Below are positions 32,464 to 44,261 of a stretch of DNA of 64,000 nt, in pieces; position 1 is the first letter of the stretch, and each line of letters opens with the position of its first letter. Made by a program: the position numbers and the translations under genes. Below the pieces are notes generated by a model. It had not been told where the DNA came from. It did not search any database and was given only the letters and a program-made list of their open reading frames with translations. Source of the DNA: Coraliomargarita sp. (GTDB taxonomy: Bacteria; Verrucomicrobiota; Verrucomicrobiia; Opitutales; Coraliomargaritaceae). The DNA is taken from the NCBI GenBank assembly GCA_965216325.1, contig OZ244160.1:160001-224000 (forward strand). Direction: 5' to 3'.

Positions 32464-33651
32464 ATGCCAAACCAACCAACACTATCCACATGGGCCAGCA
32501 ACATCGCGCCGTCGCCGACGCTGGCTGTCGATGCAAAAGCTAAAGAGCTGAAAGCTGCGGGCGAAGACGTCTGCGGTTTCGGTGCCGGTGAACCGGATTT
32601 CGATACTCCGGAGTTCATCAAAGAGGCCTGTGCGAAGGCTCTGGCTGAGGGTAAGACCAAATATGCGCCTGCTCCGGGCATTCCTGAGCTGCGCTCGGCG
32701 CTTGCTGAGAAATACCGCAATGACAATGGTGTCGACGGTGTGGAAGCCTCGCAGATCGTGGTTAGCCCGGGCGGAAAGTATTCGTGCTACCTCGCAATCA
32801 TGGCGGTGGTTAGTCCAGGAGACGAGGTGATCATCCCCGCCCCATACTGGGTCAGCTACCCAGAGATGGTGAAGCTCGCGGGTGGCACGCCGAAGAGTAT
32901 TTTTGCCGGCGCGGATGCCGGATTTAAAATTACACCGGAGCAGTTGAAAGAGGCGATTACGCCGAAGACGCGCATGGTCATTATCAACAGCCCGTCCAAC
33001 CCGACCGGTGCGATCTACACACGTCCTGAGCTTGAAGCACTCACACAAGTCGCGGTTGACGCAGGAATCTATATCATGTCTGACGAGATCTATGAGTATC
33101 TCCTTTATGATGGTGTGGAGCACGTCAGCCCTGCGTCCTTCTCTAAGGAAGCAGCGGAGCATGTGATCACGGTGGCTGGCTTCAGCAAGACCTTCTCCAT
33201 GACTGGTTGGCGCCTCGGCACACTGATGGCACCGCCTGCCGTTGCCAAGGCAGTAGCCAGCATTCAAAGCCAGACTAGCTCCAATGCGACCACCTTTGCG
33301 CAGTATGGTGCATTGGCTGCGATGGAGAATTGGGACAAAGCCATGAGCGCCGTGAACGAAATGCTCACCGTCTTTGACCGTCGCCGTCTGCGCCTGCTCG
33401 AAGGCCTTACTGCGATCGACGGCGTCCAGTGCCCACGTGCACAGGGTGCGTTCTACTTGTTTCCGAACATCGAATCCTTCGGTCTTAGCGCAAATGACTT
33501 TGCCGGCAAGATCCTCGAAGAAGAGAAGGTCGCGCTGGTCCCGGGCGAAGGTTTCGGTGCGCCAGGCTACGTGCGTCTGAGTTACGCGATTTCCGATGAA
33601 GTGATCGAGAAGGGCCTCGAGCGTCTCGTGCGCTTCTGTGCAAAACTTTAA
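32464..33651 (+). CDS. PLP-dependent aminotransferase class I/II (aspartate aminotransferase-like)
   Basis: [40 protein letters not shown] and GAFY.F. Confidence 0.93.
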   Translation: MPNQPTLSTWASNIAPSPTLAVDAKAKELKAAGEDVCGFGAGEPDFDTPEFIKEACAKALAEGKTKYAPAPGIPELRSALAEKYRNDNGVDGVEASQIVVSPGGKYSCYLAIMAVVSPGDEVIIPAPYWVSYPEMVKLAGGTPKSIFAGADAGFKITPEQLKEAITPKTRMVIINSPSNPTGAIYTRPELEALTQVAVDAGIYIMSDEIYEYLLYDGVEHVSPASFSKEAAEHVITVAGFSKTFSMTGWRLGTLMAPPAVAKAVASIQSQTSSNATTFAQYGALAAMENWDKAMSAVNEMLTVFDRRRLRLLEGLTAIDGVQCPRAQGAFYLFPNIESFGLSANDFAGKILEEEKVALVPGEGFGAPGYVRLSYAISDEVIEKGLERLVRFCAKL

Positions 33652-33655
33652 TTAA

Positions 33656-35944
<2,289 letters not shown>

Positions 35945-35966
35945 GGTTTCTCTAACTTCATTAAGC

Positions 35967-35998
35967 AAAAGCCCCGGTCATCCGACCGGGGCTTTTTT
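35967..35998 (+). terminator. Rho-independent terminator
   Basis: aaaagccccggtc-atcc-gaccggggctttttt. Confidence 0.9.
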
Positions 35999-36131
35999 AT
36001 GCTCCACGACTACGCGGAAGAAAATCGTATCCATTGACGCGCTGGCGGTTGCGGTGCCCGTAGTAGTTGAATTAACGGTAACTGGTGAGGCGTGGAGCCG
36101 CTGTGCAGAGAAGGCAGTGAAAAACTGATTA

Positions 36132-37712
36132 GCCCGTATATTGCATGAATGGGTTTGTCTTGGTCAGGTTGATCTTTTTTCGCTCAGTTGGTGTAAAGGG
36201 ACTACTGAATCGCAGGCAAAAAGCGTTAGCTTTTATCTGTAAGCATAGCTTAGCTCTATCCCTGCGTATATTTGGCTTCCTCTGGAGTTGAGCCGCAGGG
36301 TGAAGCGCGAAGGTGGATTTTAAGTGGGATGTAGTTTGGCCGCACATGCGGCAAAGGCCTGTTGATCGGGACATGCGACGCTGAGCCGGAACAGCCAGCG
36401 GCTGCGTTTTCGTTCAATCAGGCAAGCGATCTTCACGAGTTTGATCCGTATGCTGTGCACGGTGGCGCGTTCCAATTTGGTGCCTGCCAATCCGATACGG
36501 CGAATTGTGTCCATGAGCACGTAAGCGAGTGAAGACAGGAGCACCCGCCACTGGTTCGCCCACCAGTTTGAAGCACTGGTGCGGTCACTGAAGAGCATCA
36601 TTTGTTCTTTGATTTTATTCTCCATTTCGCCCCGCTCGCAGTAGTGCGCGTATACCTGCTCGGGCGCTTCGCTCACATTGGTAATCACAAAGCGAGGGTT
36701 CGCACCGAGCTTGGTGTGTTCGGCCTTATGGATGATCCGGCGACTGCGTTTCCATTTACCGGCCGCGTAAGTAAACTGCCCAAAGCGCTTTTGCTTTTCA
36801 TCGGTCTGCTCAAAGTCTTCGGCAACTTGCTGTTGTAACTTGGCTCCAGCTCGCTGCAGACGTGGATTACGTGCGATCCCGACGACATAATCGACTTGGT
36901 TACGTTCACACCAACCCAATACTCGGTGGCGACAAAAACCACTGTCGGCGCGAAAGACGATCTTCACCTGCGGCCACCGCTGACGGATATAAGTAGTCAG
37001 CAACTTGAGAATCGCACCGGCATGCTTGGCCGCATCGATATTGCTCGGGCGCAGGTAAGCGACGAGCAACTGCGAACCGCAAAACACATAAAGTGGAAAG
37101 AAGCAGTAGTTACCATAGTAGCCGTGAAAGAAACGTCCCTCTTGCATGCCATGGACCGGATCATCAGTCGCATCAAAATCCAAAACAATGCGCTCAGGAG
37201 CCTGCTGGAAGGAATCAAGGAACTGATCGACGAACAACTTGTTCAAGGCTACCGCACCACTGCGATCCTGAGCGTTCTCAAAGCGGCACAATGTCGATCC
37301 GCTGCCAAGGCTCTTGTCGCCCCCGGCAAGCATCTGCCAGAGGGGATCATCCCGAAACTCGTCAAAATCGTTCAAGTCCTCATAGCCACTGGCCAAACCA
37401 TAGACGCGCTGGCGTAGCAATTGCTCAGCGCTGTGCTTAATCTTACCCGGCTGGCGATCATCGACCAAACGCTTCGATGCAGCCTTGGTCAGACCTAAGC
37501 GACGATCCGCTTCGCGTAATAACAGCAAGCCCCCATCACTACTCAATCTAACTGCGTCAAAACGAGCACTCACCCGCTTGCTTTTATGACTTGTGAAACG
37601 ATACGTGCTCTGTTGTTTTTCTGACATCGAAGGGTTTTGGGTTCTTTTTCGCAACTAACTGCATAGCAGTTGCTTGAAACCCTTCGATACTTTATTCGCG
37701 CAATATGCGGGC
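36132..37712 (-). mobile_element. IS1380-family insertion sequence
   Basis: Terminal IRs gcccgtatattgcatgaat and attcgcgcaatatgcgggc (3 mismatches), flanked by TA(G) on both sides. Confidence 0.88.
36320..37627 (-). CDS. IS1380-family DDE transposase
   Basis: LSSDGGLLLL, GYEDLND, LDFDATDDP.HG.QE, RADSGF and Y..RGE.EN.IKE. Confidence 0.93.
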   Translation of the reverse strand: MSEKQQSTYRFTSHKSKRVSARFDAVRLSSDGGLLLLREADRRLGLTKAASKRLVDDRQPGKIKHSAEQLLRQRVYGLASGYEDLNDFDEFRDDPLWQMLAGGDKSLGSGSTLCRFENAQDRSGAVALNKLFVDQFLDSFQQAPERIVLDFDATDDPVHGMQEGRFFHGYYGNYCFFPLYVFCGSQLLVAYLRPSNIDAAKHAGAILKLLTTYIRQRWPQVKIVFRADSGFCRHRVLGWCERNQVDYVVGIARNPRLQRAGAKLQQQVAEDFEQTDEKQKRFGQFTYAAGKWKRSRRIIHKAEHTKLGANPRFVITNVSEAPEQVYAHYCERGEMENKIKEQMMLFSDRTSASNWWANQWRVLLSSLAYVLMDTIRRIGLAGTKLERATVHSIRIKLVKIACLIERKRSRWLFRLSVACPDQQAFAACAAKLHPT

Positions 37713-38844
37713 TAGTCTGCTTGCTGTTGTAGTTCAGGCGAAGAGCACTAGCTCATTCATCCCCGGGGCCATCTGGCCAGATGATCAAGGGGTGCACATC
37801 AACGCCCATGGCGGTGGTGTGCTGTTTCATGGGGACCGCTATTACTGGTTTGGTGAGCATAAGGTCGCAGGTGCTGCGGGAAACCGTGCGCAAGTCGGTG
37901 TTCACGTCTATTCGTCTACAGATCTCTACAACTGGAAAGATGAGGGGGTTGCCCTGCAGGTGTCGGACGATGCGGACAGTGACATTGTAAAGGGCTGTAT
38001 TATAGAGCGCCCGAAGGTTATCTATAATGCGAAGACGGATAAGTTCGTCATGTGGTTTCATTTGGAACTCAAAGGGCAGGGCTATGATGCCGCTCGTTCC
38101 GGTATTGCTATTTCGGATACAGTCACAGGGCCCTATACCTTTGTTCGAAGCTTGCGCCCGAATGCCGGACAGTGGCCCATTAATGTAACGGAGGCTCAAA
38201 AAGATTCTGCGTCGATCGAGCGCACGAAGCAGGAGCAGGAAGACTTTAGTGGCGGTCCGACAGCAAAACATGCCAAGTTTAATATCCTCGGTTCGCACTT
38301 TGAAGGCGGACAAATGGCGCGTGATATGAACCTGTTTGTTGATGACGACGGCAAGGCCTACCACATCTACTCTTCGGAGCATAACTCAACACTGCATATT
38401 TCGCTGTTGTCCGATGATTATTTGAGTCACGTCGGCACCTATACGCGCAACTTCCCGTTCCGTTGGATGGAAGCGCCTGCGCTGTTCAAGCGTAAGGGCA
38501 AATACTATCTGATCGCTTCAGGCTGCACTGGCTGGGATCCGAATGCGGCACGCTCTGCCGTTGCCGATTCGATTCTCGGTGAATGGACCGAGTTGAAGAA
38601 CCCCTGTGTGGGCATCAATCCAGAGAATCAGCTTGGTCCGGAGAAAACCTTCGGCGGGCAGAGCACATGCGTGTTCCCGGTTCAGGGTAAGGCGGACGCG
38701 TATATCGCGATGTTTGATATTTGGCGTCCACAGGATGCGATTGATGGCCGTTATGTGTGGCTGCCGATTGAATTTGACGACCAAGGCTTCACGATCGAGT
38801 GGGCTGATGAATGGGATCTGAGCTTCTTTGACTCGAAGGATTAA
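37705..38844 (+). CDS. Glycoside hydrolase family 43 protein (5' end interrupted by IS1380)
   Basis: INAHGGG, YYWFGE, IERPKV.YN, RDM.LFVDDDG, EAPA.FK, SGCTGW.PN and RYVWLP. Confidence 0.88.
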   Translation: MRASLLAVVVQAKSTSSFIPGAIWPDDQGVHINAHGGGVLFHGDRYYWFGEHKVAGAAGNRAQVGVHVYSSTDLYNWKDEGVALQVSDDADSDIVKGCIIERPKVIYNAKTDKFVMWFHLELKGQGYDAARSGIAISDTVTGPYTFVRSLRPNAGQWPINVTEAQKDSASIERTKQEQEDFSGGPTAKHAKFNILGSHFEGGQMARDMNLFVDDDGKAYHIYSSEHNSTLHISLLSDDYLSHVGTYTRNFPFRWMEAPALFKRKGKYYLIASGCTGWDPNAARSAVADSILGEWTELKNPCVGINPENQLGPEKTFGGQSTCVFPVQGKADAYIAMFDIWRPQDAIDGRYVWLPIEFDDQGFTIEWADEWDLSFFDSKD

Positions 38845-39041
38845 TGCCATTTCATCTTCAACCCCGTCTCTCTGTATCCGCAGGAGGCTGGGTTGGATGC
38901 TTTCGGTGGCCGATGTCTGCCGACACGAGAAAGCCGCAAGCCTTAAAGGCTGCGGCCTCATGTAGGGATGCTGTGCTGGGGGCTGCCTAATAACGCATTG
39001 AAGAAGGTTTGGCCCAGTTGGTGCGAACCATCGATTGAGCA

Positions 39042-39105
39042 GGACAGGAATGTCCTGCCTCCTGAATCAAGTGCCTCTTTTCCAGGAGGACGGACATTCT
39101 TGTCC
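39042..39105. repeat. REP-like doublet (ggacaggaatgtcc...ggacattcttgtcc)
   Basis: Inverted pair of internally palindromic motifs between convergent genes. Confidence 0.65.
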
Positions 39106-39115
39106 GTCTTAAAGC

Positions 39116-40180
39116 TCATACCTTATTCAAAGAGGTATAAGTCGCAGGGGAAATACAGGATTGACGCTCTACCAGCTCAGCATTGATGAGCTGAGTGGCG
39201 CCAGCTGGAGTGCTTGGCGCCTCTTCCAGGCTTTTGATCAACATTTCGGCGGCAGCGACACCGATCTCATAGGGGCGTTGGTCAAAGCTACTGAGTTGAG
39301 GTCGTAAAACACGGCTAATTTCCTGATTGCCACATCCGAGTACGGAGAGGTCGTCTGGAATTTTGAGATTGTTTTGTTCTGCGGCTTGATAGCTCAGCTC
39401 CGCCAGATCGTCGTTGGTGGCGAATAGGGCGCTTGGTCGGTCCTTGCCCGAGAGGGCTTTGCTTAGTGCTTGAATGCTCAGTTCGGGTTGATGCACGGAG
39501 GGAAGTTCTATGCGTTGCACAGTGGCGCCTTGGCCGAATTCCTGAATCGCCTGAATAAATCCTTCTTCGCGTAGTTGCCAGACACTCACATTTTGAGCAA
39601 CGCAGGTCACTGCCAGCTTCCGATGTCCGAGTGCGAGTAGGTGCTTGGCGGCCGCTTGTCCGATGCGACGGTCATCGGTGCCAGAAAATGAACAGTCGAA
39701 TTTGCTTAAACGACGGTCTACGGTGACAATGGGAATGCCCATATTCAGGCTTTCTTTGAAATAGTGCTCGTCCGCTTGGTCAAAGGTTGGGCGTGTGATG
39801 ATCCCATCGACTCGTAGTGCGATCAAGCGATTGATTTTGTCATGCTCTTCAGTGTGTTCATTGCTCGAGATGTAGCGACTTGGCCAGCTGAGCAGCATGT
39901 TGTAATCGTGCTTATCGAGGGTGTCGTGAATGCCCTGTACCATCGGCTCGTAATAGCCCATAGCAGGAACCATGACTCCAATAATACGGCTCTTGCCGGT
40001 CTGCATGCCGCGCGCCTGAAGGTTGGGGCGGTAGCCCATTTGCTCCGCGATTTGTTTGATTCGTATGCGATTTTCTTCCGACATCCGTCCTTTGCCGCTG
40101 AGGGCGTTGGATACAGACATGGTGGTGACTCCTGCTTTTTCGGCGATCGCTCGTAGACTGACTTGGGATTTGGGTTTCAC
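39116..40180 (-). CDS. LacI family transcriptional regulator
   Basis: L..IA..AGV...SVS.AL, MGY.PN and IP.DLSV.G motifs; ELVERQS. Confidence 0.93.
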   Translation of the reverse strand: MKPKSQVSLRAIAEKAGVTTMSVSNALSGKGRMSEENRIRIKQIAEQMGYRPNLQARGMQTGKSRIIGVMVPAMGYYEPMVQGIHDTLDKHDYNMLLSWPSRYISSNEHTEEHDKINRLIALRVDGIITRPTFDQADEHYFKESLNMGIPIVTVDRRLSKFDCSFSGTDDRRIGQAAAKHLLALGHRKLAVTCVAQNVSVWQLREEGFIQAIQEFGQGATVQRIELPSVHQPELSIQALSKALSGKDRPSALFATNDDLAELSYQAAEQNNLKIPDDLSVLGCGNQEISRVLRPQLSSFDQRPYEIGVAAAEMLIKSLEEAPSTPAGATQLINAELVERQSCISPATYTSLNKV

Positions 40181-40370
40181 TTTTGGCTAACGAATTGTAG
40201 CATATAGATCTAATTTATGTTTCGTACCGTTAGTAGGATTTAAATTAATGAGCTGGGAGTAAAGTGCTTATTTGAGCTTCCTGATTCGCAGTCCCGTGAA
40301 TACGGGATAAAGCTCTGGAGATACTATATTAGTGTTATCTTTACCTGTTCGATCTGGGTGTATACTTTGT

Positions 40371-40406
40371 CCCCAATCCTTAGAGTGGCCACTCTAAGGA
40401 TTGGGG
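40371..40406. repeat. Perfect 36-bp palindrome with no loop
   Basis: ccccaatccttagagtgg|ccactctaaggattgggg. Confidence 0.9.
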
Positions 40407-40542
40407 CATGGAATTGTCGTTCGGCTGGATTTTGGGCACATGCTTTCATGTGAGAGCACTGATCCGTTTGGCTAAACCGCGGTAGGCTGTGATGTGTGGA
40501 GCCACTAAACCGGTTCCGGGTTTGTCTTGAGTTTTGAGACGG

Positions 40543-40811
40543 GCGACATGACCGGTCCGCAGGAACCGGACCACCGCAGGTGAGAGGTCCCGCTCGGTGT
40601 CATCTTGTGGGCTGAAATTAGAAACAAAAAAGCCCGCGTGCTGCGGGCAAAAATGGCGGGATAGACGGGACTCGTTCCGAGTGCTTCGCTTACGAAGCGC
40701 GACATGACCGGTCCGCAGGAACCGGACCACCGAAGGTAAGAGGTCCCGCTCGGTGTCATCTTGTGGGCTGAAATCAGACACAAAAAAGCCCGCGTGCTGC
40801 GGGCAAAAAAA
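40543..40811 (-). repeat. tRNA-Asp-linked 158-bp repeat units (terminator, structured cargo and tRNA 3' fragment)
   Basis: 21-nt tRNA 3' end repeated at 40654-40674; terminator gcccgc.gc.gcgggc and cargo repeated twice. Confidence 0.9.
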
Positions 40812-40891
<80 letters not shown>

Positions 40892-40908
40892 CGTTGATGA
40901 AGTCGCGG

Positions 40909-40936
40909 AAGCTAGGTTTCGGGAGTGCCAAGTCAA
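40909..40936 (-). promoter_or_regulatory. Sigma-70-type promoter of tRNA-Asp
   Basis: TTGACT-N16-TAGCTT, conserved at the same offset in front of the second tRNA. Confidence 0.65.
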
Positions 40937-41105
40937 GCAGTAAGCTAAAAACCTGCGATTTCTGTGTGTAATTTACAGCTGCGGGTAAAACAAAGTAGAA
41001 GCGGCATCCTGCCCTACGAGGGGCTCAGGGCCTTGAGCTTGCCGAAACGGCCACCTTCAATTAGGTCTAGTGGGAAGCGGCTGGAAGCGCGCTTCTGCCA
41101 TAGGC

Positions 41106-41302
41106 ATCAGACACAAAAAAGCCCGCGTGCTGCGGGCAAAAAAATGGCGGGATAGACGGGACTCGTTCCGAGCGCTTCGCTTACGAAGCGCGACATGACC
41201 GGTCCGCAGGAACCGGACCACCGAAGGTAAGAGGTCCCGCTCGGTGTCATCTTGTGGGCTGAAATCAGACACAAAAAAGCCCGCGTGCTGCGGGCAAAAA
41301 AA
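41106..41302 (-). repeat. tRNA-Asp-linked 158-bp repeat unit plus a second terminator
   Basis: tRNA 3' fragment at 41145-41165; cargo nearly identical to 40675-40811. Confidence 0.9.
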
Positions 41303-41380
<78 letters not shown>

Positions 41381-41399
41381 TCCGTTGGTGAAGTCGCAG

Positions 41400-41427
41400 A
41401 AGCTAGGTTTTAGAGGTCTTAAGTCAA
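41400..41427 (-). promoter_or_regulatory. Sigma-70-type promoter of tRNA-Asp
   Basis: TTGACT-N16-TAGCTT. Confidence 0.65.
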
Positions 41428-41479
41428 GTGATGTTTTTTATTTTTTTATCTTTTTTCTGATTTCGATCTTTAGGAGCCC

Positions 41480-42610
41480 TTATCCCTCTGACTGAGCGAT
41501 GCTTAGCTCTTCAGCGAATTCGGCTATAATTCGTTCCCAGCCCAAGCCTTCAGCTGTTTGTCGTGCGGCTGAAGCGATTGAAGGCCATTTCCCCGGGGTA
41601 TCGAGTGCGTGATCAAGTTGTGTGAGGTAGTCTTTCTGAACATCGAATTGAGCAATGAAACCATTCTTGCCACTCTCAATGTAGCGACCGGGGGCGGCGT
41701 AGTCGTAGGCGACGGTAACCAAGCCGGATGCCATGGCTTCAGTGACTACGTTACCAAAGGTCTCGGTGATACTGGGGAAGATGAATAGGTCGCCGGACGC
41801 GTAATGGCGGGCGAGATCTTCACCTTTCTGCATTCCTGAAAAAATAAAGTCCGGGTGTTGCTTCTCGATCTTGGTCCGTTCGGGCCCGTCGCCGACGAAG
41901 ACGCAGGCGGCATTGGGATAGCGCTGTTTGATGCGCTCAAAAGCGTTTACGGTCAGTGGGATATTTTTCTCCGCTGCGATGCGGCTGACAAATATGGCGA
42001 CGATTCCGTTTTCCGGGTCCACACCCCAGCGCTGGCGCAGCTCCGCGCAGCGTTTGCTGGGACTAAACAACTCGGTATCCACCCCGCGCCCGAGTAGTCG
42101 TGTGCCTTGCACGCCCATCGCCTCAAGCTGAGCGATCACATCTTTTGACGGTGCAAAGGTGCGGCGCGTGCGGTTGTGAGTCTTACGCAGGAAGCCGCCA
42201 ACGAGTCGTTCCAGAATCGGCAGCTTGTAGTGCTTCATGTATTCGTGGAAGTTGGTGTGGAATCCACTGGTAACCGGGATGTTCAATTTCTCTGCTGCGC
42301 CGATTGCGGATTGTCCCAAAGGGCCTTCGGTGGCTACGTAGATAATGTCTGGGCGGTCCTGTTTCCAGTGCTTCTGGAGAGTCTTGCGACAGGGGAGGCC
42401 GAAGCGCAGGCCGTCGTAGCCAGGAAGCGGCAGGCCCGGAACGATGAGTTCGTTGGCATAGGTCGCATTCTGAGCTTCGGAGCTTTGGCGCGGGCGCACG
42501 ATCGCCACGGAGTGCCCTTGCTGACGAAGCCCGCTTGCGATGCGGCTAAGTGTCATGGCGACACCATTGACCTCGGGAGGATAGGTTTCGGTGACGATGC
42601 AAAGCTTCAT
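41480..42610 (-). CDS. Glycosyltransferase family 4 (GT-B)
   Basis: MKLCIVTETYPPEVNGVA, ATEGPLG, FHTNF, GRGVDT.LF.P and ETFGNVV.EAMASG. Confidence 0.92.
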   Translation of the reverse strand: MKLCIVTETYPPEVNGVAMTLSRIASGLRQQGHSVAIVRPRQSSEAQNATYANELIVPGLPLPGYDGLRFGLPCRKTLQKHWKQDRPDIIYVATEGPLGQSAIGAAEKLNIPVTSGFHTNFHEYMKHYKLPILERLVGGFLRKTHNRTRRTFAPSKDVIAQLEAMGVQGTRLLGRGVDTELFSPSKRCAELRQRWGVDPENGIVAIFVSRIAAEKNIPLTVNAFERIKQRYPNAACVFVGDGPERTKIEKQHPDFIFSGMQKGEDLARHYASGDLFIFPSITETFGNVVTEAMASGLVTVAYDYAAPGRYIESGKNGFIAQFDVQKDYLTQLDHALDTPGKWPSIASAARQTAEGLGWERIIAEFAEELSIAQSEG

Positions 42611-42701
42611 CTTAGTGGTTGCTCCTGTATTGCCATGTGCGTGCTGCCCGTCAAATTCTTCGACCGCTTCTAAAGAGACAAGCTGAGAATTTGAACAACA
42701 G

Positions 42702-43589
42702 GTGACAAAACAGTTACATATCATCACCGGTCCGACTGCTGTCGGCAAGACCGAGTATGCCTTGAGCTATGCCGAGCAGCACAATGCGGAGATCGTGTCG
42801 TGTGACGCTTCGCTCTTTTACCGGGGCATGGATATTGGTACGGCAAAGCCGACTCCTGAGGAATTGGCACGTGTCCCGCACCATTTGATAGATATCTGTG
42901 AGGTCGATCAGCCCTTTGATATTGTGGCTTTTGATGCCGCGGCCCATGCGGCGATTGAGGATATTTGTTCGAGGGGCAAATCAGTTGTGGTGACCGGGGG
43001 GAGCGGTTTCTATTTGAAAAGCTTTCTGGCCCCCGTGATCGATACCGTTGTGGTTGCGGATTCCATTCGTGAGGAAGTCGTCGGCCTGTATGAGTCGGAG
43101 GGGCTGGGTGCGCTCCTCGCGGCCTTGAATGAAGTCAGTCCAGATGGTCTCGGAAATTTGGATACAAAGAATCCGCGTCGGGTGTTACGTGCCTTGGAGC
43201 GCTGCATGGCGTCGGGCAAGAGCTTGCCTCAGTTACAGGCTGAGTTTGCCGCGCGACCCGAGCCCTATGCGGATTGCGAAAAGCGCTTGGTTCTACTGTC
43301 TCGCGAGCCTGAACAACTGAAACAACGTGTCGCCTTGCGAGCGGAACAAATGGTTGAAGCGGGATTGATCGAGGAGGTCGCTGCATTGCGAGACGCAGGC
43401 ATCGAACGCAATCCGAGTGCGGCTGCTGCGATCGGTTATCGGGAGACTCTGGCGCATTTACGTGGCGAACTGAATCGCGAGGAGTTGCTCGCCGCGATTA
43501 TTCAGAACACTCTGCATTTGGTGAAGAAACAGCGCACTTGGTTTCGCACGCAAATTCGCGAGCCGGACGAGCGTATTGAATTTTCGTAA
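42702..43589 (+). CDS. miaA: tRNA dimethylallyltransferase
   Basis: GPTAVGKT, YRGMDIGTAKP, PHHLID, GGSGFY, AIGY.E and K.QRTWFR. Confidence 0.95.
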   Translation: MTKQLHIITGPTAVGKTEYALSYAEQHNAEIVSCDASLFYRGMDIGTAKPTPEELARVPHHLIDICEVDQPFDIVAFDAAAHAAIEDICSRGKSVVVTGGSGFYLKSFLAPVIDTVVVADSIREEVVGLYESEGLGALLAALNEVSPDGLGNLDTKNPRRVLRALERCMASGKSLPQLQAEFAARPEPYADCEKRLVLLSREPEQLKQRVALRAEQMVEAGLIEEVAALRDAGIERNPSAAAAIGYRETLAHLRGELNREELLAAIIQNTLHLVKKQRTWFRTQIREPDERIEFS

Positions 43590-43657
43590 CTGTAACTTTA
43601 GTTTATGAAAGCTTTGGTTGACAACTGTCTGTGGAATTGTAGAACGTAAGTTCCCAG

Positions 43658-44260
43658 ATGGGCACGAGTCTGAAATACAGAGTTCTTATCCTGAACCGCC
43701 TTTGGCAACCGGTTAACATTGTCGGGGTTCAGCGAGCTTTCAGTCTCTTACTTCAGGACCACGCGCAAGCGATCAATACGCGCGACCAGAGTTTTCTCAT
43801 GATGGATTCCGCCCAGTGGTTGGAGTATTCCGCTACCGAACCGCCTGCGGATGATGAAGCCTATTTGAACACAGTCCGTAGCCGCATTCGTGTGCCGAAG
43901 GTTTTGATCCTGCGTGAATATGATAAGCTTCCGGCTCAAGAGGTGAAGTTTACGCGGGATAATTTATTCGAGCGCGATAACTACCGCTGTCAGTATTGCG
44001 GGAATGCGTTTACCGCTCAGGATTTGAATATGGATCACGTGATTCCGCGTGACCAAGGAGGACGCACTTCTTGGGAGAACATCGTGACGTCCTGTATCAA
44101 GTGTAATACCCGAAAAGCAAACCGCCTACCACATCAGGCGAGCATGCATTTGATTAAGAAGCCTGAGCGTCCACGCTGGAGACCATTTGTGAGTTCGCTA
44201 ATTGGCTCGGAGTGCGACGAAGAGTGGACACACTTCATTCAAGGCGAGAAGGCTGGTTAA
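43658..44260 (+). CDS. HNH endonuclease family protein
   Basis: VL.LN..WQP, RDNY.CQYCG and DHV.PR..GG...WEN.V..C..CN..K.NR.P. Confidence 0.9.
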   Translation: MGTSLKYRVLILNRLWQPVNIVGVQRAFSLLLQDHAQAINTRDQSFLMMDSAQWLEYSATEPPADDEAYLNTVRSRIRVPKVLILREYDKLPAQEVKFTRDNLFERDNYRCQYCGNAFTAQDLNMDHVIPRDQGGRTSWENIVTSCIKCNTRKANRLPHQASMHLIKKPERPRWRPFVSSLIGSECDEEWTHFIQGEKAG

Positions 44261-44261
44261 G

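Noticed and set aside
38870..38930. Possible IS3 OrfA remnant (QEAG...VADVCRH-like words in mixed frames)
   Set aside because: Too short and frame-broken to support without a search.
43658..44260. HNH nuclease as part of a defence or mobile system
   Set aside because: Common stand-alone HNH family between housekeeping genes, with no methylase, array or mobile context.
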